Assembly: GCA_964505035.1 (NCBI GenBank)
Contig: CAZDGK010000001.1
Span: 12,270-76,269 of the forward strand
DNA from: an uncultured Candidatus Saccharimonadales bacterium
GTDB lineage: Bacteria; Patescibacteriota; Saccharimonadia; UBA4664
Length of the DNA stretch: 64,000 nucleotides
Reading direction: 5' to 3'
The translations under genes were made by a program, and so were the position numbers. How positions within the stretch are numbered: position 1 is the first letter of the stretch; each line of letters begins with the position of its first letter. Shown piece after piece: positions 27,174-36,090 of this stretch. The notes below the pieces were generated by a model that was given only the letters and a program-made list of their open reading frames with translations, made no database searches and was not told where the DNA came from.

Positions 27174-28837
27174 TCCGATGGACGGTTGTTGACGATCAGG
27201 CGCGACCGCACCCGACCGACCCGCGGCATCACTGGCGGCGCAAATCCGCGCCGGGTGAACCGCTGGCAATTACCGTACACGAATGTCGAGCTAAATACCG
27301 CACCGATGAACGGATACAAGACCCCTTCAACGTGCTGAGCCGACAAAACGTTGGTCAAAATGAGCGACAGCGTCGCCGCCGCCATCAAGTCCAACGCCAC
27401 TACGGGTTGATACATCACACCAAGCACAGCCGCCGCGACACCAATCGGTATCGCTATCAGCTGCGCCAGCCGGAAGACCGAGAACGGGGAATAGGGGTAG
27501 GCCACAATGAAGTCGCCGCACCCTCGCCCCGATCGCATGTACTCCCGGAGAAGCGCCCTAAACCCCTCCCGGTGCGATCGGCGAGCCGACAGCAGGGGAG
27601 TGGTGTAGATGGTGAATCCCGCCCGCAGAGCCCGCCACGCATACTCGTAGTCTTCGTACGAGTTCGTGAAATCGGGCCTGGGCTCGTGAATGGCATTCCA
27701 AACTTCGCGCCGTACTGCCAGATTGGCCGTCACCGGTGGTTTGAATTCACCGATGTTGTCCGCCGTGAGGCGGAACGGCCTAACTACACGAGGGGTCTTC
27801 GACCCACTGGTGGTCCGGTCAATAAACCGGCCCCAGAAGCTGTGCGCCACACCCGTCACCGGGCCGGCCACAAACTTCTCGCCGCCGGTCGTCAGCAGGT
27901 CCACAATATTGGCGAGCCAATATTTGCCTGGCATCAGATCGGCATCCGCATAGACAATGATCTCGCTGTCTTGGGAGACATAGAGCATGCCTTGCTGCCG
28001 CTTGGCGTTCGCATCCCGCCCTGGCGAAACGACCTTGACTTCGACGTTGTTGATCGCGGCGCCGGCCATAAATTGACCGATGCCGCTCCACGTCTGGTCG
28101 TAGGGGTCGCCTACCAGGACGAGCTGAACGTTGCGCGGATAGCTGCGAACGTAGGTCTGGCGGTTGAGAGCTCCCAGCAAGCGGCCAATTGAATCGCCGT
28201 TGTTCTTGCAGGGAACCACAATGCTTACCTTGGGATATCGGGTCACGATAGTGCCGTGGTCCGCTGGGTCCGGCTGTTCGCCTGGCGCGAACGTGTACGT
28301 GTCGTTGGCCGTGTAGTTAAACGCAGCTCCGACAATCGCACCCGCCACGTAGGCGAGCCAGGCCGGTAGTCCCAGCCCCGGGATTCCATACCCCGACACC
28401 CACAGACCATTTGTCTGCAGGTTGTACAGGATTTGGTTGAGCCCAAAGGTAAACAAACGGGCGTAGTGGAAGTACAGCCACGAGCGCCGGAACCCAACGG
28501 CCCGGCGGTCGCTCCACGTGATGTACCGGCTGCCGAGGAAGTTTAGTTCCACGGATACCGCACCTTCCAGAAGATAGCTCCAGAAGTTCGGCCAGCCCAG
28601 GACATTGCGCAGGAAGTACAGCAACCCGGCTCCGATTATGAAGACCGAGATGCCGACACCTGCGAACTTAACGACCCGTAGTGCGTAGCGCACGAGATAC
28701 ACGATCTCGCGCCACCGGAATACGTACAGAGTTCGCCTTAGCAGGTAGAAATAACCTACCAGCAGGGTCCACACCACCGAGAACGGTGGCGGAACCCGGG
28801 TGAACCTGTCTGGTACCCCCGCCCGATGAGTTCTCAA
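27152..28837 (-). CDS. GtrA-like membrane domain fused to a GT2 glycosyltransferase, a polyprenyl-phosphate sugar synthase type.
   Basis: GtrA motif 'VKFAGVGISVFIIGAGLLYFL...NFLGSRYITW'. GT2 'VSIVVPCKNNGDSIG' and a DxD-like 'YADAD'. Probable TTG start at 28837 after GAGAGGAG; the ORF runs to 28939. Confidence 0.7.
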   Translation of the reverse strand: MRTHRAGVPDRFTRVPPPFSVVWTLLVGYFYLLRRTLYVFRWREIVYLVRYALRVVKFAGVGISVFIIGAGLLYFLRNVLGWPNFWSYLLEGAVSVELNFLGSRYITWSDRRAVGFRRSWLYFHYARLFTFGLNQILYNLQTNGLWVSGYGIPGLGLPAWLAYVAGAIVGAAFNYTANDTYTFAPGEQPDPADHGTIVTRYPKVSIVVPCKNNGDSIGRLLGALNRQTYVRSYPRNVQLVLVGDPYDQTWSGIGQFMAGAAINNVEVKVVSPGRDANAKRQQGMLYVSQDSEIIVYADADLMPGKYWLANIVDLLTTGGEKFVAGPVTGVAHSFWGRFIDRTTSGSKTPRVVRPFRLTADNIGEFKPPVTANLAVRREVWNAIHEPRPDFTNSYEDYEYAWRALRAGFTIYTTPLLSARRSHREGFRALLREYMRSGRGCGDFIVAYPYSPFSVFRLAQLIAIPIGVAAAVLGVMYQPVVALDLMAAATLSLILTNVLSAQHVEGVLYPFIGAVFSSTFVYGNCQRFTRRGFAPPVMPRVGRVRSRLIVNNRPSEWREDAR

Positions 28838-28985
28838 CCCATCTCCTCTCTCTAGGCTTGTGAAAGGGCATGCCGGCCACGCGGTCGACACTGGCGGATA
28901 CAGCAGCAATCTGCCACAGTATGCAGACCACTTTAACACAAAATGGTCAATATGTGAAGCAGATTAGCTTGGCCAAGCGCCTAGC

Positions 28986-30635
28986 TTACGGCACCAGTTC
29001 GATCCATACTGTATTGCCAGTCGCGCTGCTGCCCAGGCCAGGCAAACTGCCGCCCGCGTAGGCCGTCGTTTTGGCCAGTACCGGTGAGAGCCCGGCTACG
29101 CCGCCAGCCAATGTAGCACCCTTCACCGACAACGTCGTGCCCGTCCAAGCAATCGCCAGATATAGCTGCTGACTGACTGAGGTGTTTATAGTGCTGTCGA
29201 GCGCCAGGTTGTCGTAGAGCGTGGAGGCCGTCGTCACCGTGGTATGAATATCCGCCGTCGATGCGAGCAGCACGTTACTCGAGTTATAGACACCCAACCG
29301 CACCTCGGTCAGTCCGGCCGGCGTCGTCGTCCCCGTGGCAAAGCGGATCTTCGTAAAGCTCGAGGCCACCTTGGCGTAGGCCAGGATGCCATACACCGTG
29401 CCGGTAGTCAGGTTGAGATTGCCCGAGGCGATCAGCCGGCTCATCGTCGACACATTGCTACTACGCCGCAGCTCAAACTCATCAAAGAAGTTATTGGCCG
29501 ATACCGATCCTGTCACATTCAGGTTGCCAGTCACGGTCACGTCACCAGTCCCGGCATTGACCACGAAACTGTCGGTATTAGTGCCGTCGCCCTTCAGGAT
29601 GCGGAATGTGCGCGTTTGGGTAGTGTTGGTGTTGCGAAAAATCCGGTAAGTCGCATTGTGGGCGTTGTCTTGCGTCAGCACATCATTGTCGATAATCGTG
29701 TGGCCATTCACATCCAGAGTCGGCGTTTGATTGCCCAACACGGTGCCCGCCGCCGTCTTAAACTGCAGCCGCCCTGCCATCGTGATGTTGCCAGTCTTGG
29801 CGTCCATAAATATCACCTGCGTGGCGGTGCCGTCGGCCGCATACAGTGCCCAGGTAGCCGTGCTCGTATTGGTGTCGCGGAATACCCGCACCGCCGCCCC
29901 CGTAGTATTGTCCAGACCCACCCCAATATCGAGCGTCGCCACACCGCCGGCGTCCACGTTGTAGGTCAGCTTGCCCACGGTGTAGTTAGTGCCGCTCGAT
30001 GTCCCAGCCGCCACCGAGCCACTGGTTGGGGTATTAAAGGTGATGCCAAACTGCGTGTTCGGACTATTGATGCCATTCTCGATATAGAGCATCGAGCACG
30101 AATAAAACGCCGCCTGCGTCTGATCAGCGTCACTCTTGAGCCTAAACCGGGTCACCAATACCGACGAGTTGGGCCCGGTAGGGTCGGCCGCCGTCTTGAC
30201 CTCCAAGCCGTGGTGACTCGAACCGCTCGGGATCAGGTCGTGCCAGCCCAGCCAGGCCTGTACCCGCCCGTTCACATCAATCCACACCGGACCGCCCCGG
30301 CTTAGCGTACCCTCGTCCTGGAACACGATGTTCTTCTGCACGAACCCACCCGGATCATTGACCGAGTTCATCACAATCTGCCCGGTCCGGGCCGCTTGTT
30401 CCGGAAATGCCAGATTACCACTAAACGTCTTCGTACCCGACGCCGTCTCGTTGCCCGACAGGTGCATCACAGTGCTATCGGTCGCCTTGGCCGCCAGGTC
30501 GCTCACAAGATTGGTGATTTGGGCTTGAGAAAGGCTTTTAATGGTGCCGTCCGCATTGTGCGTCACCATTAGGAAATCATTCAGAATATCGCCCCAGACG
30601 CCGTCATCGCCTCCGGGCTGTGGCAGCCGCGACAC
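28986..30635 (-). CDS. Large Thr/Asn-rich surface protein, a paralogue of 7904..9958. It has a conserved 'LPQPGGDDGVWGDILNDFL' N-terminus and tail-fibre-like repeats.
   Basis: Repeats 'VRVFRDTNTSTATWALYAADGTATQVIF' and 'YRIFRNTNTTQTRTFRILKGDGT'. C-terminal 'LYLAIAWTGTT' domain is shared with the 7904 protein. Confidence 0.6.
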   Translation of the reverse strand: MSRLPQPGGDDGVWGDILNDFLMVTHNADGTIKSLSQAQITNLVSDLAAKATDSTVMHLSGNETASGTKTFSGNLAFPEQAARTGQIVMNSVNDPGGFVQKNIVFQDEGTLSRGGPVWIDVNGRVQAWLGWHDLIPSGSSHHGLEVKTAADPTGPNSSVLVTRFRLKSDADQTQAAFYSCSMLYIENGINSPNTQFGITFNTPTSGSVAAGTSSGTNYTVGKLTYNVDAGGVATLDIGVGLDNTTGAAVRVFRDTNTSTATWALYAADGTATQVIFMDAKTGNITMAGRLQFKTAAGTVLGNQTPTLDVNGHTIIDNDVLTQDNAHNATYRIFRNTNTTQTRTFRILKGDGTNTDSFVVNAGTGDVTVTGNLNVTGSVSANNFFDEFELRRSSNVSTMSRLIASGNLNLTTGTVYGILAYAKVASSFTKIRFATGTTTPAGLTEVRLGVYNSSNVLLASTADIHTTVTTASTLYDNLALDSTINTSVSQQLYLAIAWTGTTLSVKGATLAGGVAGLSPVLAKTTAYAGGSLPGLGSSATGNTVWIELVP

Positions 30636-30793
30636 TAGACTATTTGCCCTCCTGACTCCAAACCAGTTATGCCTCTAGCCTAGCATTGATATCCGGTCAT
30701 CTCAAGCCTCGTCATCTTGCAAATCACCCAGTCGATGATATACTAGGCGCCATGCCCAACCCTGGGCACACCTTCGACCAGAAGGAGTAGGGG

Positions 30794-31408
30794 ATGACTC
30801 AATCCCGTACTGATCCACGCAAAGCGCGGCTCAAGAAGTACTTTGGCAACGCCGCCGGCATCCTCGTGCTACTGGTAACAGCTAGCATGGTCATCGGCCT
30901 CATCTGGCTGGTCGTCACCGGCGTCCAGCACGACAACCAGTTAGCCAACCAGGCCCGCGGCGACAGCCGTGCCTGCCACGAGGCCTTCTACCGGGAGCAC
31001 CATGTCGCCCTCACCCAGAGCGTCATGGTCGACTCGCTGGCTGACGGCCAAGGCGGCTGGCTCGATAATTACTTCAGCCCCGTGGTCGGCGACGTCGGCT
31101 TGGCGCCGTCCGAGCTCAAGGCCGGCCAGGCTACCGATGGTAAGGTGTTCGTAGAATCCGGCACACTCAACGCCACAGACTATGCACTGGACAACAACCA
31201 GCTGCGTCTGTTCATTGAGCGCCACGACGGCCAGCTCTCGGTCACGCTGCTGTGGGACGAGGGCGACCCGCTGGAGATCCCGCACACGCCACTCGAGAGC
31301 ATCCAAAGCCGCCTCGGTGACCCCACCGCGGCGGTAACGGTCAGGGCCGAGCAGGTCTCAGACAAGTGCTTCATTACGGCTGCCGAGAGGGGCGCCGTCA
31401 ACACCTAG
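30794..31408 (+). CDS. Membrane-anchored hypothetical protein with one TM helix and an extracytoplasmic domain.
   Basis: TM helix 'AAGILVLLVTASMVIGLIWLVVTGV'. GGAG lies immediately upstream of the ATG. Confidence 0.5.
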   Translation: MTQSRTDPRKARLKKYFGNAAGILVLLVTASMVIGLIWLVVTGVQHDNQLANQARGDSRACHEAFYREHHVALTQSVMVDSLADGQGGWLDNYFSPVVGDVGLAPSELKAGQATDGKVFVESGTLNATDYALDNNQLRLFIERHDGQLSVTLLWDEGDPLEIPHTPLESIQSRLGDPTAAVTVRAEQVSDKCFITAAERGAVNT

Positions 31409-31495
31409 ACGAACCCTCCGACCCCGCCACCGCGTATTAGCTGTGGCGGGATTTTTCGTGATATGATGCAGGCATAAGTGCTGTGAGGGATTATT

Positions 31496-31693
31496 ATGTT
31501 TGGCAAATTTGAAACGCTGCTGGTGGTGCTCGTCATCATCTTGATCCTGTTCGGTGCCAAGAAGCTCCCCGAGCTCAGCCGCGGCATCTCCGAGAGCGTC
31601 CGCGAAATCCGCAAGGGCTTCCGCGACGAGCCAACGGCCGACAAACCGGCCGCCGATGGCGACGCGGCCAAAGCCAAAGATTCGCAAAGCTAG
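31496..31693 (+). CDS. tatA: Twin-arginine translocase subunit TatA/E.
   Basis: 'LLVVLVIILILFGAKKLPELSRGI...RKGF' has the TM helix, hinge FG and amphipathic helix. Confidence 0.85.
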   Translation: MFGKFETLLVVLVIILILFGAKKLPELSRGISESVREIRKGFRDEPTADKPAADGDAAKAKDSQS

Positions 31694-31701
31694 GAACCAC
31701 C

Positions 31702-32547
31702 GTGGCTGCCCAGGTTGATGTTTCGGCCTCGTCACCGCAGATGCTCCCGGTCAGTCAGCATCTGCGCGAGCTCCGGCGGCGGCTCAGCTATCCGGCCGGC
31801 GTGGTGCTGCTGGGCGCAGGCCTCGCCTACATCTGGCGGCAACCGCTCATCGAGCTAATGCGCCGGCCGCTTGGCCAGCCGTTGTTTTATACCTCGCCCA
31901 CCGCCGGCTTCAATTTCGTCATGGAGCTCTGCCTGCTCGCCGGCTTTCTGCTGGCTCTGCCGGTGCTCTGCTACCAGCTGGTGCGTTTCATCGAGCCAGT
32001 GTTTACGCAGCGTCTACGTGGCCGCGATATCGTACGGCTCATCAGTACCTCATCTGTCCTCGTCCTAGCCGGTGTCGCCTTTGGCTACTATCTCAGCCTG
32101 CCAGCCGCCCTGCGCTTCTTCACGCTCGTCGGCAGCAACGACCTGCGGCCGCTCATCTCGGCCGATCAGTATCTGCGCTTCCTCCTCAGCCACCTCGCCA
32201 TCTTTGCTGCCGCCTTCCAGCTACCCCTGCTACTGCTCGTAATCAATCGCTTCACGCCCCTCGACCCGCGCCGCCTCGGCCGGGCCCGCCGCTACGTCAT
32301 CGTCGGTGCCTTCGCTCTGGCTCTCATCGTGCCCTGGGCGCCCGACCCTTTGAGCCAGCTCATCCTAGCCCTGCCGATCATCGCGCTCTACGAGCTGTCG
32401 ATACTGCTGGTGCGGCTATCCAACCGCCACCGCCTGACCGATCTGCCACCGCCACCAGTCATCCCGCGGCTCAAACCCGCCGTCCCCAAACCGCCACAAC
32501 CGCCGGCCAAACGCCGGACAGGTCCCGTCAACCTGCGCGACCGTTAG
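31702..32547 (+). CDS. tatC: Twin-arginine translocase subunit TatC.
   Basis: 'HLRELRRRL' N-terminus and six TM helices. Sits directly after tatA. Confidence 0.9.
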   Translation: MAAQVDVSASSPQMLPVSQHLRELRRRLSYPAGVVLLGAGLAYIWRQPLIELMRRPLGQPLFYTSPTAGFNFVMELCLLAGFLLALPVLCYQLVRFIEPVFTQRLRGRDIVRLISTSSVLVLAGVAFGYYLSLPAALRFFTLVGSNDLRPLISADQYLRFLLSHLAIFAAAFQLPLLLLVINRFTPLDPRRLGRARRYVIVGAFALALIVPWAPDPLSQLILALPIIALYELSILLVRLSNRHRLTDLPPPPVIPRLKPAVPKPPQPPAKRRTGPVNLRDR

Positions 32548-34439
32548 CTAATAGGGAAGGTCAGCGTTACCGTCGACCCCTGCCCAAGCTGCGAAGCAAT
32601 CGCAATCTCGCCGCCCACATAGTGCATAATCAGCCGGTCAATATAGAGGCTCAGCCCCGCCCCTTCGTGATTAAACGTCAACGCCCCTTCAGCCTTATAA
32701 AACGGCTGGAAAAGCTGTGATAGCTGGTCTGGCGCGATCCCTTTGCCATGGTCACGCACCGTGATGCTAGCCGGCTGTCGCAGATCGCCGGCATTAGCCG
32801 CAATTTCTACCCGGCTCGGTCCCGTGCTATACGCCACCGCGTTGTCGAGCACCGATGCCACCACCTGCGACACCCAGTCGGCGTGCCGGCAGCGCAAGCT
32901 CAGCTCCGGCGGACCATCCAGCGTCACATTGCGGGCATCCGCCGCCGGCTGCAAGGCAGCCTTGGCCGGCCCCACCAGCGCAGACACCGCCACCGTCTGC
33001 AGAGGCGCCTCACTCTGACCAGCCTGCAGCCGGCCAGCTACCTCACAGCACGCCACCAGCCGCCGGTAGCGGTCATAGCCGTCATGGATCGCTTTGCCAC
33101 CGGGTTGATCGGCCGCTAGGTGCGGCAGCAGCTTAGCCAAGCCCTCTAGGCTATGGCCCATCTGCACAGCCACTTCCGCAATCAACTCCGAGCGAGCCTT
33201 GTCGACCACCCGCTGGTGCTCCGTGACCTGCCCACGCATCTGCCGCTGCCACCCCCGCAAGCGCCGGCCTCGCAGCAGCACATACAGCCCCACGGCCAAA
33301 CCGGCCAGCACCGCCCACTGCACCAGCATGTTGACCGTGCCCACGTCCACCTGGCCGACTGCCATCACCAGGAAGTTAAATGACGACGTCGCCACCACCA
33401 GCAGTCCAATTGGCAACCAAAAGCCCCACTGGGTCCAGACTCGCGCCGGCGGCATGATGGCATCCGGTGGCGGCACCGCAGCCAGCAGCGGGCTGGCATC
33501 TAGTCGTTTGAGCAGGCCAGTCGCCGCCAGATTGACCGTCTCGACCGCCACCGCCAGTCGGCTAGTGGCATCAGGCGGCAGCTCCGGCTTAAACTTGAGG
33601 CTATCCACTCCTGCCTGCAGCAGCGTCAACGGCGTGCGCAAATAGTGCGATACCAGCTGCAGCAAGGTGGTTTTCTCGTCGGTAATCACCCGCTCATGCT
33701 CCAGCAACCGCTGTTGCTCCAGATTGCGTGCCGCCTCCTGCTGCGCCTGCCACACCAGCACCAGCAATATGCCACCCAGCAGCGCAAAAAGCAGATAGGG
33801 GAAGCCGCGCACTACTGGCAGCGGCACTTGGGCAATGATGCGCTGCAGCTGAGCCGCCACCGCTGGCGTCAGCAGCCCAAACAGCGTCCCGGCTGTCGCC
33901 GCGGCCGCCTGCACCGACACCGTAAAGTCAGTCGTAGTCACATCGGCGCCTTGCCGCACCAACACCCGCACGTGCTTACCTGGCCGCTGATCGGTCGGCC
34001 AGTCCCACCGGGCCGTGCCATCGGCATCAGGCTTCACTGAAGCCACCAATTGGCCGTCTATATAGAAGTCCACACTATCAAAGCTCTGTCCTTGGCCATT
34101 GAGCGGCGTGACGGTCACCACATAGTGCGGCCGCGGCAACACCTGCCCGTTATGCAGATTAATGGCGTACTGCAGGCCGCTCGGCGCCGTCACCACGGTC
34201 GACTCGACCGGCGTCGAAGTCGGCGACGTCGCGGGACTCACGCTCGGCGACACACACGCCGTATCGCAGCCATTGTATGGCCCGTCGCCATACGGCCCCA
34301 CACCATAGGCCGTCGCCGCAGCAACCACCGGGGCCAATAGCCACAGCAACCCCAGCCCCAAACCCACTGCCTGCCATACCCGCCTCACGTACCGACTCTC
34401 GCCCTGCTTATGCTTCTCATCATACCGCACCTTGTCCAA
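32544..34439 (-). CDS. Sensor histidine kinase with a large extracytoplasmic N-terminal domain.
   Basis: H-box 'LVSHYLRTPLTLL'. HATPase 'DHGKGIAPDQ...GAGLSLYI...GQGSTVTLTFP'. 4-nt overlap with tatC on the opposite strand. Confidence 0.8.
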   Translation of the reverse strand: MDKVRYDEKHKQGESRYVRRVWQAVGLGLGLLWLLAPVVAAATAYGVGPYGDGPYNGCDTACVSPSVSPATSPTSTPVESTVVTAPSGLQYAINLHNGQVLPRPHYVVTVTPLNGQGQSFDSVDFYIDGQLVASVKPDADGTARWDWPTDQRPGKHVRVLVRQGADVTTTDFTVSVQAAAATAGTLFGLLTPAVAAQLQRIIAQVPLPVVRGFPYLLFALLGGILLVLVWQAQQEAARNLEQQRLLEHERVITDEKTTLLQLVSHYLRTPLTLLQAGVDSLKFKPELPPDATSRLAVAVETVNLAATGLLKRLDASPLLAAVPPPDAIMPPARVWTQWGFWLPIGLLVVATSSFNFLVMAVGQVDVGTVNMLVQWAVLAGLAVGLYVLLRGRRLRGWQRQMRGQVTEHQRVVDKARSELIAEVAVQMGHSLEGLAKLLPHLAADQPGGKAIHDGYDRYRRLVACCEVAGRLQAGQSEAPLQTVAVSALVGPAKAALQPAADARNVTLDGPPELSLRCRHADWVSQVVASVLDNAVAYSTGPSRVEIAANAGDLRQPASITVRDHGKGIAPDQLSQLFQPFYKAEGALTFNHEGAGLSLYIDRLIMHYVGGEIAIASQLGQGSTVTLTFPIS

Positions 34440-34483
34440 ACATAACTGGTTTGATACACTGACCCCAACAGCCAGGAGTGGAT

Positions 34484-34681
34484 ATGGTCAAACAACGCGT
34501 CGAGCAAGTGCTCGCCCAAGAAGTCACCCGCCGCCAGTTCCTGGTACACGCCGGTCTAGCGCTCCTGGCCGTCGTGGGCCTACCGGCCCTGCTGCGCGCC
34601 CTGGAGGTCGGCGGGCGGCACCCTGATGGCGCCGGGGGATATGGCGGCTCATCCTATGGCGGCCAGGCCAACAAGCCATAA
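34484..34681 (+). CDS. Candidate small (65-aa) Tat-signal-peptide precursor with a Gly/Tyr-rich mature peptide of about 27 aa.
   Basis: AGGAG lies 5 nt before the ATG. 'TRRQFLVHAGLALLAVVGLPALLRA' has a twin-arginine motif, an h-region and an AxA-like cleavage site. Codons are GC3-biased. Confidence 0.35.
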   Translation: MVKQRVEQVLAQEVTRRQFLVHAGLALLAVVGLPALLRALEVGGRHPDGAGGYGGSSYGGQANKP

Positions 34682-34756
34682 TGGTTCTATTATTGACTTA
34701 CACCTGGTTTTCAGGCATATTATTGACAAAGCCGACGGCTTTTTAAATTTGTCGCT

Positions 34757-34945
34757 ATGAAACCACTCATCGAATACCTCACCGCCAGCCGGGCCGAGTT
34801 AGCCAAAGTAGCCTGGCCCAGCCGCCGCCAAACCGCCCGGCTAACGTTCCTCGTGATCGGGTTCTCGCTCGTATTCGCCGCCGCCCTCGGTTTACTCGAC
34901 TTCGCTTTCTCAGAGTTGCTCCGCCGCGTAATTATTAAGGGATAA
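34757..34945 (+). CDS. secE: Preprotein translocase SecE.
   Basis: 62 aa with a C-terminal TM helix. Directly upstream of nusG. Confidence 0.85.
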   Translation: MKPLIEYLTASRAELAKVAWPSRRQTARLTFLVIGFSLVFAAALGLLDFAFSELLRRVIIKG

Positions 34946-34947
34946 CT

Positions 34948-35490
34948 ATGTCCGAATCTGCCAAGACTAAGCACCACTGGTACGTCATTCACACCTACTC
35001 CGGCTACGAAGACCGCGTCGCCGAAAACCTGCGTCAGCGCATCGAGACCATGCACATGCAGGACAAAATCTTTGACGTCATCGTGCCCAAAGAAAACCAG
35101 ATCGAGATCAAAAACGGCCGCCGGCGCATCGTCGAGCGCCGCATCTTCCCCGGCTACGTCCTGGTGCAGATGGATGTTACCGAAGACTCTTGGTATGTCG
35201 TGCGTAACACTCCCAATGTCACCGGCTTCGTCGGATCCGGCACGACACCTACCGCCGTCAGCGAGGATGAGGTCCGCCACATCCAGAAGCGCATGGGCGT
35301 CGAAGAGCCCAAGTTTAAGATCGACTTTAGCGTTGGCGAAGCCGTCAACATCACCGACGGTCCCTTCAAGGGCTTCGACGGCATGGTCAATGAGATTGAC
35401 GAGAACAAGGGCAAGATCAAGGTCCTCGTCAACATGTTTGGCCGCGAAACGCCAGTCGAGCTCGACAGCCTCCAGGTCAAGAAGATCTAA
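34948..35490 (+). CDS. nusG: Transcription termination/antitermination factor NusG.
   Basis: 'HWYVIHTYSGYE' NGN domain and a C-terminal KOW domain. Confidence 0.95.
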   Translation: MSESAKTKHHWYVIHTYSGYEDRVAENLRQRIETMHMQDKIFDVIVPKENQIEIKNGRRRIVERRIFPGYVLVQMDVTEDSWYVVRNTPNVTGFVGSGTTPTAVSEDEVRHIQKRMGVEEPKFKIDFSVGEAVNITDGPFKGFDGMVNEIDENKGKIKVLVNMFGRETPVELDSLQVKKI

Positions 35491-35600
35491 CCGTTCCCGA
35501 TACTGGACTTCACAAACATCACCAAATCTGCTACTATACCGCAGATATTCGTTATAAGTGGGAGCCGCGAACCGGCGCTCGTACCACAAAGGAGTAACTC

Positions 35601-36032
35601 ATGGCAGTCGCCAAACCAGTCAAAGCCAACGTCAAATTCCGCCTCCAGGGCGGCAAAGCCACCCCGGCCCCGCCGGTCGGTTCGATTTTGGGCGCCCAGG
35701 GCGTCAACATGATGGACTTCGTCAACACCTTTAACGACCAAACCAAGGACCTGGGCGACCAGCTACTCAACGTCCGCGTGCGCATCTTTGAAGACCGCAC
35801 GTTCACCTTTACCTACACTGGCGAGACCATGGTCAGCCGCATTCGCAAGGCCTCGGGCCAAGACAAAGGCTCTGGCACTCCCAACAAGACCAAGGTCGGT
35901 AAGCTGACCAAGGCCCAGGTGCAAGAGCTAGCCGAAGCCAAAATGAAGGACATGAACGCTCACGAGCTCGCCGCCGCCATGAAGACCGTGGCCGGCACTG
36001 CCCGCTCCATGGGCATTGAGGTAGTTGATTAA
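35601..36032 (+). CDS. rplK: 50S ribosomal protein L11.
   Basis: 'KFRLQGGKATPAPPVG'. Confidence 0.95.
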   Translation: MAVAKPVKANVKFRLQGGKATPAPPVGSILGAQGVNMMDFVNTFNDQTKDLGDQLLNVRVRIFEDRTFTFTYTGETMVSRIRKASGQDKGSGTPNKTKVGKLTKAQVQELAEAKMKDMNAHELAAAMKTVAGTARSMGIEVVD

Positions 36033-36090
36033 CTAACCGTGGGAGGCTCTGCCCAAGCGCAAGCCGCACGCACCACAGGAGATTATTTAC

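Noticed and set aside
34440-34756. Looked for tRNA-Trp, which usually precedes secE-nusG.
   Set aside because: I found no cloverleaf-compatible sequence with a GTTCGAATC-like T-arm or CCA end in the gap. The region instead holds the Tat-signal mini-ORF.
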